64,000 nucleotides of DNA, taken from the NCBI GenBank assembly GCA_950097015.1, contig CATNEN010000001.1:20832001-20896000 (forward strand), in the 5' to 3' direction. The number at the start of each line of letters is the position of its first letter. Position 1 is the first letter of the stretch. A program made the position numbers and the translations under genes. The notes beneath the pieces were generated by a model. That model saw nothing but the letters and a program-made list of their open reading frames with translations. It made no database searches and was not told where the DNA came from. The DNA comes from Macrostomum hystrix. Taxonomy: Eukaryota; Animalia; Platyhelminthes. Of the stretch, positions 35,101-47,351 are shown piece by piece.

Positions 35101-36989
35101 AAATCCAGCAGCGGATGGGGTAATTGAGGATTGGTCTGTCGTCCTCCCAGTCCATGGACTGAACAGCCGTACGCGGTCAATAGCTGCGGCTGTTTTGTCG
35201 GCTACTTATCAGCAATAACCAATTACTATTATTATGATGTGTTTGCCCAAAGCAGTACAAAAGCTCATAAAATGGGTACTAGCTTCAGCTGGTGTTGAAA
35301 TCGTAGTTCTTTTTACGGCTCCACAGTCTACGGACTCAACAGTCTGTACACAGCCTTCGGATGCACAGCACAATAGCTGCGACTGTGCCGCTGGCTGTAC
35401 ATCTGGCCCAATTGGACTAGATTTCATGTCAATGAAATCATGTCATGTCATTAAAATATGTTAAAATATTTGTATAATTATTTAAATATTAAAAATTGAC
35501 CCAATCGGGGCAGGTGTAATCAATATTATTCATTTCTTATAAACCGCACAAAAATTTGTTCTTGCTGAGGTCTGTGAAGCAGCAGATTCGCTCATTCGCC
35601 CATCACGCAGGCCGCACCTCAGCAGCCACTTTTGGCAGCTCCAGCCAATCTTCTCTGACAACAACAAAGCTTAGCATGTCAGCAATGAACCTGAATGAGT
35701 CCCTGACAACCGTCGCTGGCTGGGCTCGCACCCGCCAGTCCAACTGCCAGCTGCTGTCAGTGTCCAGCGGTGACGGGCGTCAGCTGACGGTGGACTGCAG
35801 CTCCAGCCGGCTGCGAGTCTCCTTGGACAACCTGACCATGCTGACCAGTGTGAGCATAGCAACTGGCTTGCCATTCAACTTCAGCGTCGACTGCTCAGTC
35901 GGGACGCTCCTTAATCTCAGAGTATCCTTCGAAGGTGGTGACGTCATCACAGTCTCAAGCGAGTTGCCCGTGACAACTGGCCTGAGGCTGAACTCCGCTG
36001 CCATGGTAACGATTGGTGGTGACAGTTTTAAGGGCTGCCTAAATGACATCCGTTTGAACGGCCGCCTGGCACCGATGGTCAACCGATCGCTTCCAACTGG
36101 AGCTTCGGGATTCAGCTGGTTAAGCACCGATGCCAGTGAAGTCTCACCTGATGCTGCGCCACTGACTAGTTGCTATAGCGACCAGGTGTGCATGACTAAA
36201 GACTCGGCCGGTGTCCCCGTCAGCGTGTGCAAGAACTCCGGCAAGTGCACCGACCTTTGGAACGATTTTCGATGCGACTGCTCAGACGGATTCTCTGGGC
36301 GGCAGTGTTCCGTGTCCGACACAGCCCCTCTGATTGGCGCCATCGTGGGCGGTTTTCTGGGAGCTGTTGTAGTTGCTGTCGGTAAGTTCTGTTCAAATGT
36401 ATTTCGGTGAAATCTGTTATAATGCCTTCAGGGAGCCATTTAAATCAGTGCTTTTTGAGATAATCTCTGGAAATTTAATGTTTAAGATTTGAGATGATGT
36501 GACAAAAGTACATAATTCACTGAAGCTGGGCTTCAGCAGCTTGTTCGACTTTTAATTAAAGATTAAAGTTTAATTAAAGTGTAATTAAAGAATTAGATTA
36601 GAAAGTAGGCACTGAAGGGCGTTGACTGCCGATGTTGAAATGAGCTGGCAGGGGTATACGCGAGCGTTGTTTTAAGGACGTTTTGTTGTGCATTGAACGA
36701 CAAATCTCAGACACAATCGGACACAATATGCATTTATCTTGACTACAACGAACATTAATTTGAAAATTCAGCTGAATTGTCTGTATACTAATTGAGTCTG
36801 TACTCGGAATGTCTTTCTTTCACCCGCGCAGCAATTATTCTGGCGGTGAAGTTCACACCAGCCTGCCAGCCGACTCAGCCATCAGATCCTTACCTGGTCC
36901 CCTCGGAGACGCAGGGCAATCCCAGAGTTCGCGCAGGTCACATTCGATCAAAGTCTGTCACTCCTGTGCCGCAGGACATGTTCTTCTGA
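29160..36989 (+). CDS. crb-like: G3: Crumbs-derived type I membrane protein: signal peptide, RLRR, ~13 EGF incl. Crumbs-signature EGF, single LamG (LamG3-type), EGF, TM, short Crumbs-like tail ending QDMFF
   Basis: In-frame exons: 29160-29253, 29345-29626, 31783-31975, 32044-32271, 33009-33353, 34007-34446, 34714-34824, 35611-36381, 36832-36989. [35 protein letters not shown] is the Crumbs-signature EGF; CVNLDPFGFECRTSAATFG is the pre-LamG3 motif; FKGCLNDIRLNG is the LamG end; TM LIGAIVGGFLGAVVVAVAIILAV; tail KFTPACQPTQPSDPYLVPSETQGNPRVRAGHIRSKSVTPVPQDMFF*. Confidence 0.88.
30040..31135 (-). repeat. 14-bp minisatellite (GAGGGTAGAGTGAG)n, inverted relative to 23590-28927, in G3 intron
   Basis: Direct tandem repeat; paralog of 5085-5755. 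Confidence 0.95.
34960..35200 (+). mobile_element. tRNA-derived CORE-like SINE (family B) in G3 intron
   Basis: A box tagcttagtgg and B box gttcgattcc, followed by ccttgggaagtcacttaac..gcttcagtt..cccagctgt (CORE-domain-like). Confidence 0.7.
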
Positions 36990-37524
36990 CCTTGGCAAAC
37001 TCTGTGTTGTTTCTCCTGGCTACCTGACCTTTTTGTTATTTAACTATTTTATCCCTGCAAACTTTTTAATAAAATCAAACGATGTATTCAGCCTCGATGC
37101 TTTTTCTGATCAGCTACTTAAATAATCTATTTTTGTACCATTGTTGTACTTTTGAAAACGCGATTATAAAACACAGTTTCTTTAGATTTCGTTATAGTTT
37201 TGTAAATAAAATTTTTACTCGGTCCGACGCCAAAATTATCCAATCAATCAAATTTATCGATTTATTTTAAGCGACTTTAATCGACATGTCAAGCGGGAAG
37301 TGTCTAATATTTTCACGGTACCTCATTTGGCTGAGCTAGACCAGGTGGAAGGGTTAGTGAGAGTTGCATACCGAATACTGCTGAGATATTTAGTTGCAAA
37401 CTAGATTTACATGAGTCTCCGACCTCAGCCTTTGCTACTATTCTAATGACAACAGCTCAACTCATGTTTGGCTCGAGATGTCCTACGCCCGTAATTTTAC
37501 CAGCATTCAATTCAAAAAGAGCAA

Positions 37525-37790
37525 CTCTTCACTAATTTACTCCCTCACTCCTCACTCACTCCTCATTCACTCTTCATTCACTCACTACTCATTCACTCCT
37601 CACTCACTCCTCACTCACTCCTCACTAACTTACTCATTCATTCACTCCTCATTCACTCCTCATTCACTCCTCATTCACTCCTCATTCACTCCTCATTCAC
37701 TCCTCATTCACTCCTCATTCACTCAATCATCATTCACTAATCACTAACTCTTCACTCACTCTTCACTCACTCACTCCTCATTCACTCCTC
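37525..37790. repeat. Degenerate 11-bp minisatellite (ACTCCTCATTC)n
   Basis: Direct tandem repeat. Confidence 0.85.
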
Positions 37791-38729
37791 TCTCAAGGAC
37801 TCCAGCCCTCCTTTTGTCCGGTCCTGTCCACGGCCTCGGGTCAATTTGTTCTCGAAGTACGCACTCAATGGTAAATACCCCTAATCCAGCGTGTTGGCTC
37901 CATTGGTGACGCGGTGTCTTGCCATAGTGCCGAATTCTGCGCGGCAGAGCCCCATTCATCAGGGCTGATCCGAAGAGGGAGACCCCGGATCCATATAATC
38001 CTATCGGAAACAAAGACTTTTTTTCAAGTATCGATGCTGTAAGGCTCTCGTAAACTTAATTCACTCAAAGACTAGGGCTAGCGATATATAATCAATCCGT
38101 GGAAGCACTTACCACTTGTCTTCTCCTCAGACACAATTACTCATAATATTCTTAAATCTTCTTCCAAGTCCGTTGGACCGCTCCGAGTCTGAATTTTCAG
38201 CTCGGACTTTAACTCAAGTTAAAGAAAATTTTAGGTAAAAATCTGTTTCGGATCGGGTGTTTACTTCGGACATTCATGTTTGATTTGGTTTTGGAGTGGA
38301 CATTACCTCATTTGGAATTCAAGAAAATACAGCAGTCATGTAATATTCCTAAGCAACATAAAATCCTTTCTAAAAATAGCATTTCAAGTCATTTTGACTC
38401 ATTCCTAAAAATAGATTAACAGTTATATCTTAGACTTCCCTATAGTATTACTTTAAGTAGAACGTTGAACATACTGCAAAATTTTACTACTCTCTAAGCT
38501 CACTCCTGACTAACTCTCTCAATAACCCTCCTCACCCATAGCCCACTGCATTTCACTGATGCTCACGTGGAACATGGCTTACCAAGCCTGCAGCGCTGCT
38601 AATGAACTGCGGGTCACTTTCCCTTGCTTAATTAGACTCAATGAACCACTATAGACGCGTTCCATTGAGTAAGTCTTGCAATATTGCGTCAAGAAGACCC
38701 AAGTGCTGAGAAGACCCGAGATTCGACTC

Positions 38730-40880
38730 CGAGATGCTCCTGAAGTGCCGTCAGTTCGTCTACCTCGGTGGGCTGGTGCCAGACGTGAGCGACGACCTGG
38801 TGAGACTCACTGGCGAGAGTAAGGCAAGTGTCTGCCCCAACAAACAAATCGGAACTCGCGAGTTTCTTGGGACTGGTCAACTTTTTCGGGAGACTGATTC
38901 CCAACTTCGCCAAGAAGACCGCTCCCCTGAATCGGCTGCGCAAATCTAATGTCGATTTCAATTGGACAGAAGAGTGCTCTCTAGCCTTCAGAAATCTTAA
39001 GGCCGAAATCGCCTCCGGCCGAACTCGATGCAGACCCATTCATCCAGAAGATACTCGCCAGAGTACGCAGCGGCAACTGGCAAGGATGCACGCAGGCCGA
39101 GTCAAGTTTCAAAGCGGTCTCCGAAACTCTGACACTGGAAAACGGACTTTTACGAGTATATATGAAGAGAAGGGTCTACATACCACCACGATTGCGCCAC
39201 GCCGCCTTCGACGCGATCCATGATACTCATTCTGGAATCCAGGCCTCCTACAACCTGCTTTCAGATTCTTGTTGGTGGGCTGGAATGCAACACGATGTGT
39301 CACACTTCGTGCAACGGTGTTCGGTATGTAGCCGCCTACGCCCACGCCTCGGCCGCGACAGGGATCGCTTGCCCGCTCCAGATCATCCGTTCCAGCGTGT
39401 TCACATGGATTGGGCTCATGTCAAAGGAACTGGCGACATTCTCATCATCGTAGATGCCTACTCTGGGTGGATAGAAGCGTTTCCCTGCATAAACAGAGTG
39501 GGCAGCACTGTCCAGCGTTGCCTCTCCGCCGTCTTTGCTCGTTTCGGTGTCCCGGAGCTATTTTTGTCAGACAACGCACCCGAATTCGTGGGAGACAGCC
39601 TTAACTCGTGGCTGCGCGCGCATGGAGCGAGGAAGATGGAATCACCACCATACTACCCACAGGCCAACGGTGCCGCAGAGAGAGCCGTGCAAACGATAAA
39701 ATCGGCGTTGCGTGCATGGTCGGAGAAAATCACGCACATGGACTTCCCGTTCTACTTGCAAAAAGTCCTCATGCACCATCGGAATTCCTCAAGAAGTCGC
39801 GGCCGATGCCCCGCTGAGCTAGTCTTAGTAGACGCCTTCGTGTGCCTGTCGTCTCTCAGTTCGAGCAAGGAGATAATGTCGTCTATCAGCCGCACCAGGC
39901 AATACCGGGCAACCAGGTAACTTATCTAATGACTGCCGGACACAAAACGGCATGGATTCTGTACAATGAGGAGCTTAGATTGACAAGCACCAACAAACTG
40001 GCACCAGCAGCATCGCAGCAAGCACCAATAGCGGACGAACAGGGAGCAGCCGACGATCTGCCTCAACATCAGACTCCAATGACAACGGCAGTCGGAGATG
40101 AGCAAGCTCCAACAACCCATGAAGAGGAGGGCCCGGAGCAGCGAAGAACTGACACTCCAGTGCGTCGAAGCCCGCGAATTCGTCACGCCCTCGATCGATT
40201 TGTGCCGTAGTTGAATAGCATGTACCTTAACCTTTTGAACTTCAGTGCAATCCCCAGGTTGTTTGAAACAAACCAACTAAAAGAACTACAACTCATGAAT
40301 TTCGTTTAAACACTTGTTGTCTCTGCTCTCCTTCCCTCGAAGGAGACATGTTGCGATATTAATTATTATTTATCGGTTGTTGTCCTCAATCGTTCACTGC
40401 TGTTTATTAGGATTTTGTCTATGTCCCAAATACTCTTGACGACATTATAAAACCTCGTTCTTAAGCTCTAAGTAACATTAATAAAAAACGCCTACTATGC
40501 TTAACTAGCATCGCTTGATCAACACATGACAATGTGCATCAAGGCCTGGGCCGCCTTTCGATCTGTTCGGACCGTGCTGCTCTCCGAGGCGCTGTCTGAC
40601 AGCGGTGCATTTGACGACCGATTGCCTGTACCAGTGAGCGGCCCTCTGTTCCGCTGAGCCAGCGACGACTGCGGCTGGTCGGGAACCTCATCCATGCCGA
40701 AGCCTACCGTCCAGAGCCGCCTCAGGATGTCCTGCTGTGGACTCTACAGGGACCCGCGCAGGCGTGGACAGAGACGAGCGGCCACACTATACCGGCCCTC
40801 TTTTTGATGATGCAAGCACACAGACAGGCAGCCGGCATGAGACATGAGACATTAGAGACCTCGCCTTGATGCCCCTGGCC
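38730..40880 (+). mobile_element. Degenerate RTE-like LINE 3' fragment split by a Gypsy fragment (pieces ~38730-38800 and ~40530-40880)
   Basis: Left piece LLKCRQFVYLGGLVPDVSDDL (F.YLG motif); right piece CIKAWAAFRSVRTVLLSEALSD...RRLRLVGNLIHAEAYRPEPPQDVLLWTLQGP. These are consecutive motifs of the RTE-type ORF2 C-terminus. Confidence 0.6.
38810..40524 (+). mobile_element. Ty3/Gypsy pol fragment (RT thumb/connection, RNase H deleted, integrase), frameshifted; possible short 3' LTR 40349-40524
   Basis: APTNKSELASFLGLVNFFGRLIPNFA..PL..L......F.WT (RT thumb). Integrase H2C2 (H..H..C..C) and DDE core HMD / SDN / NGAAER lie in ORF 39162-39920. TGTTG...CAACA at 40349-40524 follows a short purine run. 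Confidence 0.88.
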
Positions 40881-41519
40881 AGTTTCTGGTCGGCGTTCTA
40901 AAACAACAATTTTTTGTCTCTATACAATGAAAACTACCCGTTTATCTGTTTGCAACACGGGGTGCTTGCGGCCACCCGATCTTGTTGCTTATTCTGGACA
41001 AGGGTGTGTCATGAGTCATTGCTTTCACAGGCTGTTTCTCAGCTGATGTTTTTTATAACGAGTTGCTATTCCTGGATGCAGCGGTACACTTGTTTCTTTA
41101 GAAAAATACTTTATTTGCAGTGGCTATTAATTTAGCTATTAATAGAAACATAACCTACTTCTTATGGTATTTATAATTCTCACTTCATGTCTGACAGGTC
41201 CGAAAGGCCCTACCTTACCGCAGCTTTAACTTGTTATTTAATAAAGTTTTAGTCGGCACTCACACATCCATATCTCCGCCACTGCTACTGGAGCACCTGC
41301 TGACTCAGAGAAGGAAGACTGTCGTTTACTAGCAAACGTAAATTCCATTTGATTATTTTAAACAGGGGATATTGAATGCTGATCCTGGAGGATTTTATTT
41401 GGAAGACATAGAGCCAACACTAATTGGCACTAATGCCAACATTAGTGCCCTGAAGTTCCAATGCTCTCTGTTCTGTAGTCGCTCGTCTGAAGGCAGCGTA
41501 CAGCTGTTCAGCCCATAGA

Positions 41520-41710
41520 CTGGTAGGACGGAACACCAACCCCCTTAATTACCCAAGCTGATGCTGGTACCCATATAACAGCTGGGTGAACTGAAGCAAT
41601 GTAGACTCATGTGTCTTGCTATAGGACACAAATTGTCCCAATTGACCCAAGAACCAAACCCACCTCCAATTTTCAAGTAGTGAGTCCGACGAGTTTATCT
41701 AAAACTAGAT
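41520..41710 (-). mobile_element. CORE-like SINE (family B)
   Basis: Reverse complement reads gtgtcc..agcaagacac..ttgcttcagttcacccagctgt..atgggtaccagc; similar to 34960-35200 and ~62080-62160. Confidence 0.55.
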
Positions 41711-42181
41711 AACAGATCCCCTCATTATAAAAATTCATGATTATGATTATACAAATAGTCTGATGCGAAACGTTTACCTAGACCTGAGTTCACAATCACA
41801 CGAGACTCTAAGTCTTTTTTAGTCTTTTGAAGGCAGACCTTTCTCTAACGCGAGGAAGAATCCATAAAACTTTGAGCACTTGAAAGACTTAAGGATTTTT
41901 TACCATGGTTTTACGAGGTGCCCTGAAATAAAGCAATTTAACAATGCTGGGGGTTTAAATGCACTGAAAAACTTTTTGAGTGCATCTTCCATATTCGTTT
42001 CTTTTTCTCTGATTGATTGATTGATTTTCTTTCTTGAATTTTTTGAAATATTTGGCAAAACTACGAGTGTTTTCAGTGATTGGTTCATTTTAAGCGTTTA
42101 ATATACTTTATGACTAACTTCCAAACGACCTGCCTCTCTTGGCTTCATCAGGTGCATCTGCGTCCTGGCCACAAGTGCGCA

Positions 42182-45100
42182 ATGCTGCAAAGAACTCTGC
42201 AGGTCTGGCTCATACTGACAATCTCATTGTCATGCACTTCTGCCGTGTCAGTACCGACTGAGCAGTCATCAGGTGAGCTCATTAGGCAGGCTTCTCAAGG
42301 CATTGCCAGTTGTCAAGAGTTTCACTGAGATCGGTGAGCATTTTGCCTGGCCTCTCATTTCAGATGTCGATGAAGCTGAAGCCACATTAGCGAGGCTGAG
42401 GAGAGCCGCCTGCAGTGCTGGCGACTGCCAGAATGGAGGCGTTTGCTGGCCGGGTCCTGTGACTGCGAGTACGCCTCCGTGCCTGTGTCCTCTGGGCTAC
42501 ACTGGCGCCTACTGCACTGTTGTTGATCCTAGTGCAGTGGACTACTGCGCACCCGGACCAGACATGCCCTGCAAAAACGGAGCCACCTGCAACCGAATCG
42601 CCGTCAGTCCCTTCTACAGCTGCAGCTGCGTTCTTGGATTCACAGGTGGCGACTTTGTCATTGTGATTTTCCTAAACTAGTTTAAAAAATTGTTACCATA
42701 ACGGATTGCTTTTATTTTTTTAAACTGAAAGATCCCAAAATGTTCTTTCCCAGTTATTCCATAGCTACGAGTATGAAGCTGAGTTGCGTGAGCCATAGAG
42801 TAGGGTTCATTAGAAAGTCAGCCCGCATATTAACTTGGTGCTAATACGATGCTCGTATCTTAATCAAATTTGTTAAACCGTTAAACAACTGCAGGCGACC
42901 ACTGTGAAATCAACATCGATGACTGCGCCAGCCGGCCCTGCATCAACGGCCAGTGCACAGACCTGGTGAACAGCTACAACTGCAGCTGCTACAGCGGCTG
43001 GGAGGGCTCCAACTGCAGCACCAACCATGACGACTGCTTCGCTGGCGCCTGTGCCAACGAGGGCCGATGTCTGGACGGCAACGGAACGTGAGTGCTGGTA
43101 ATTGTGCGGTTGCCGCAATTATTGTGGTAAATTGCTTCTGCATTCCGTTTCAAATTTCCTCAGACCAAATAAATCACTAGACGTGCGTCGGGGGAACCAC
43201 CAGAAACGGGAAATTAAGAATTAGTTATCACTGAGGCATTGACCTCAATGACACTAAAGCATCGCGGATCGAGGGGTCGAAAGTCAAATTTTGTTTCGAT
43301 CATACTATTAAAAGTGCAGAGGGTTGATCCGAAATCTCTATGTAAATCTAAAATCATTGTATTTTTAGAAAACATGATTAGGTCCTAATTGGCTAGGGAG
43401 ACTAGCCTCACTTATTCGATCACCCGCACTTACGCCGGAGTGTCTTCGTTAAAAGTTGTAAACATTTTTATTTTGTTATTTCGATCAAGGTTCAGCTGTG
43501 ACTGCACAGGCACTGGGTTCTCTGGTAGCAGGTGCGAAGTCAACATCGACGACTGCGCACCGAATCCCTGCAGAAATGGAGCCACCTGTGTTGATGGTCT
43601 CAGAGATTACACATGCGTGTGCCACGATGGCTATACTGGGAAAAACTGTTTGACTGACTTTCTGGACTGCATTCCCCACAAGTGCCTGCATAACGGCATT
43701 TGCTATGAACGCAGCAACCAGGCTCTGTACAAAAGCGCATTGTTGCCAGTCCCATTCAACGGCTCCTTCAGCTACTCGCTGGCAGCTGGCTTCGTGTGCG
43801 CCTGTCCAGCTGGTGAGGGATTTAAAATCAATACATTGTAAACGCTAAGGAGAATCAAAAGAATTTCTTATCGTCAGGGAGTGTACACTCCCTCTGCGTT
43901 GGATGTTGACCCACTTAGGGCTTAAACTGTACTACGAGCCACAAAGCCTTCCACGGCTTGCTGTGGCCTCGCTGTGGAATCGAGGTCAGGGGCCGCTTCG
44001 ATTCAAAACCCGAGTGTTATTCGCTAATGGATAAATTAAGTTCGAATGCAGTAATAAAACAAAATCATCAGGTGCCTACGGGGAAACCTGCTCTGTGAAC
44101 CCGGACGACTGCGTGCTGCCCGGCACCAAACAGAGCGTGTGCGCTCACGCCTCGAGCTGCACGGACGGCCTGGCCTCATTCACCTGCCACTGCCTGCCCG
44201 GATATGAGGGCGCCAACTGCTCGGTGTACATCAACGAGTGCGAGCTGTTCCGTCAGCCGTGTCGCAACGGAGCTGTCTGCAAGGACCTGCTGGCTGACTA
44301 CGCCTGCACCAACTGCCCGTCAGAGTTCGGCGGCAAGAACTGCAGCGTCAGGCTGACCGGCTGCGACTCCGCGCCGTGTCGGAATGGCGCCACCTGCGAG
44401 CCGGTTCTCTTGAGGGAGCTGCCGACACCTGAGCACGGACACCTGTGCACCTGCACCCCAGGATGGACGGGCTCTCAGTGCAACCTCACAACCCTGGTCT
44501 CATTCAACGGCTCCGCCAGCTTCAGCGCCCTGCTCAGCATCGCAGCCTCGAGCAGCTCAGCTGACTGGACCTTCGACCTCTCATTCCGGAGCAGTCTCAC
44601 CCAGTTCGATCTGATTCGGCTGTCCTCAGACTCGGGACTCATCCGAGTCGGTGCTCACAACTCCAGCCTCGTGCTGCTGCTGCTGAATAGCAGCTCATCG
44701 TCTGTGATTGGTCAGACCAAGTGGCCAATCAGTGACAGTCTGGCTGCTGCTGATTGGCTCACACTGTCAGTCAGCCTGACCAATGGCAGTGCGACACTGA
44801 CTCGGACGGGGTCGTCAGGAGTGAGGCAGTCTCTCACACAGCTGGTTGACGGACTGTCGCACACATTCAAGCGAGGCTCAGTTTCAGTTCGGGTCGGAGG
44901 CGACGCAGCATCGGCCAGTGGCGGCTTCCGCGGCTGCGTGCGGGATGTGCGACTCGCGACTTCCAACTTGACATTCGTCGCCATGGAGACCACGGTGGAG
45001 TCGAGCAACGCGACCTGGGGAATGTGCAGTCGATCGGTGCAGTGCGGCAGCCCATGGCCCTGTGAGCTGAGCACGAGCTCGAGGTGCTTGGATGTGTGGA

Positions 45101-46457
45101 ATGACTTTGTGTGCCAGTGCGCAGCGGACTTTGGTGGCCGCAACTGTTCCGTGCGACTTCCATCGTTCTCATTCGGACTGGGTGGCAACGCGTCCTCAGC
45201 GAGCTTCGAGTCAGTGCCCGCCGTCTCAAGCGTGTTCGGCGGCGACTCGTGGACGATCGAGCTGAAGCTGGTGACTCTGTCTCCGGGAGCGTTTCTGATG
45301 CTGCTGGGCGACCCGAGCGACTCGGCGACTACTCCGCGACTGCTCGTCACGGTGAGTAAAGTTTACTCGTAGTCCCGGCGAATTGCTTCAGTAGTGATTT
45401 CATACATATACCATACATACTGCTCACATTTCAGATTAACCCTGCAGGCCTTCTGTTTACCCAACTGCTGCTTAGCAACGGCTCCCTTGTCGCATCGCTA
45501 ACATCCTCAGTCTCTGTGGCTACGGGGAGTTTTGTCTACGTAAGGATCTACTTATCGATCAAGGGACATGATGTTGAGATGTCTTTGTCAGTGGCGTCGT
45601 CAATGAAGACAGCATCACCGAGCTGTGCAGCCGTTCTGCCGCGGCTGTCCATTGAGCTCATCGTCGGTGGCTTCAGCGGAGCCACTGCAGCTTCCGCACT
45701 GAAGATGTCTCTGCCGAGCAGCAGTGGCAGGAGGCTGAGGAGATCTGCTGCCGTCCTGCCGGTGAGCGTTGCATCAGCAGCCGGCAATGTGACGGCATTC
45801 CGCGGCGTCCTGAGCTCCATCAGACTGAACGGTCAAAACACACTGCTTCTGGGATCCGTGGCATCCAGCTTGGTTGAGCGCCTGCCAGGAGCCGTGCTGC
45901 CGAGCTCCTCGGAAGGCGTGGCCATCGGTGCCACCTCGGAGAACTTCTGCGACACTTTCAAGCCATGCAAGAATGGAGCGACCTGCACAAATGTTTTCTA
46001 CTTTTCGTACTCGTAAGTGAGAAGGCTGTTAATGATGGCCTGAAGAACTGGGAATTTTATCGCCTAACACAATTTCAAGCTTTTCTTGAATCTCTCGAAT
46101 CTGCAGCTGCAAGTGCGCCAGCGGGTGGCGAGGTGCCGAATGCACAGACAGGGACTTTGCTCAGCCTAGTGGTCTCTCTACTGCCGTCGTCATCGGCGTT
46201 GTCGTTTCCGTCGTGGCAGTGATTTGCGCAGTGGCAGGTGAGCAGAATAAACAGTTTTATTCACGATTTCAGTCACGATGATGAGTGGCACCACTTTCCA
46301 TTGATCAGGGATTGTGACCCTGAAGATCTTGCGCTCGTCAGCAGGGCAGGAAAAGCCGCCCTCAACAGACATCGACGAGGACGGTCCGACAGGTGTTCGA
46401 ATGGGACACCTGAGACCTGAGGGAACGAAACCGTGCAAACAAGATATGTTTTTCTGA
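42182..46457 (+). CDS. crb-like: G4: Crumbs-derived type I membrane protein: signal peptide, RLRR, ~9 EGF incl. signature EGF, LamG, EGF, LamG (with RRLRR), EGF, TM, short tail ending QDMFF
   Basis: In-frame exons: 42182-42272, 42364-42645, 42895-43087, 43490-43812, 44072-45351, 45435-46012, 46107-46237, 46309-46457. Signal peptide [23 protein letters not shown]; [25 protein letters not shown]; tail [44 protein letters not shown]. Confidence 0.88.
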
Positions 46458-47351
46458 ACAGTGAAGCAATTGAATTCAAGTTTTCTCATTACATTTTGTA
46501 ATCTGAGGTGGAAACAATAATCTTAAACTAAGCAAACCTTTGGCTTCTCGTGTGTCACTTTGTCACGGTAGGGAAATGTTCTAAATGCCGGAAATTTTCC
46601 TGAAGGGTATATTCGTAACTATGCCTGGCCCCTTTTTAACAATTATTGCCTGATATTTAAGAGCGCATAATCAACCTTAAGTTCGTAACCCGCCTACGAA
46701 CGCATCGGGTTGCTGCATGTTTTTTTGGAAATTCTATTAATGGTATGGAACGTTTGTATCACTATTAATGACGAAGTCTTCAGCTATGTGACAAAGCTCC
46801 TAGCGTTTGTTACTATTTTGTATTTTAAATATTTCAGCCCACTTCTATAAGAAAGTTTGTCAAAACAAAAAAATCTAATGAAGCGGTAAAACAGCTGTAG
46901 TTTTTTTATCGAACTGTTCTACTTATATATTTAAATGATTCATCATCTGAATATCTCTTGTCTTGTTAATGGATCAAGTCAAGATTTTTTTTCTTTCTTG
47001 GTTCTCCTTACATTTTTACCTTCCTAAATAAAACTTTTAACCCTCCCCCAAATGGCCAATTAACACGTAGTTAACGCCTTATGACGTTTCCAGTAGCAGA
47101 CAGAAAAAAATGAGTGGACTAGTAGCGGTAGATATAGGCAATAAGTTTATAAGTTGTGTGGGGCTTCTATTTTAAGATGTTCGTAAGAATTCTACGAAAA
47201 TACGAGTAAACTCTAATGAGTTAAGCACAGCAACAATATTTAAAATATGAGCTTCAAAAACTGATGTACTATCGCAACACAGAAGAAAACTAAGAAATTC
47301 GCAGCGCTTAAGCACACGTTAAAAAAACAATTTAAATATAAGGAAAGATAT
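44072..47351 (+). repeat. Duplication shared by G4 and G5 (partner 53984-~57330)
   Basis: Near-identical exons and introns up to the stop codon; downstream flank progressively more diverged but alignable. Confidence 0.9.

Noticed and set aside
43930-43975. GC-rich hairpin in a G4 intron (terminator- or Helitron-end-like)
   Set aside because: Single occurrence with no supporting element structure.
46273-46304. Alternative acceptor giving a tail-less G4/G5 ([10 protein letters not shown])
   Set aside because: It would need a 35-nt intron; the downstream acceptor yields the conserved QDMFF tail, so that one is preferred.
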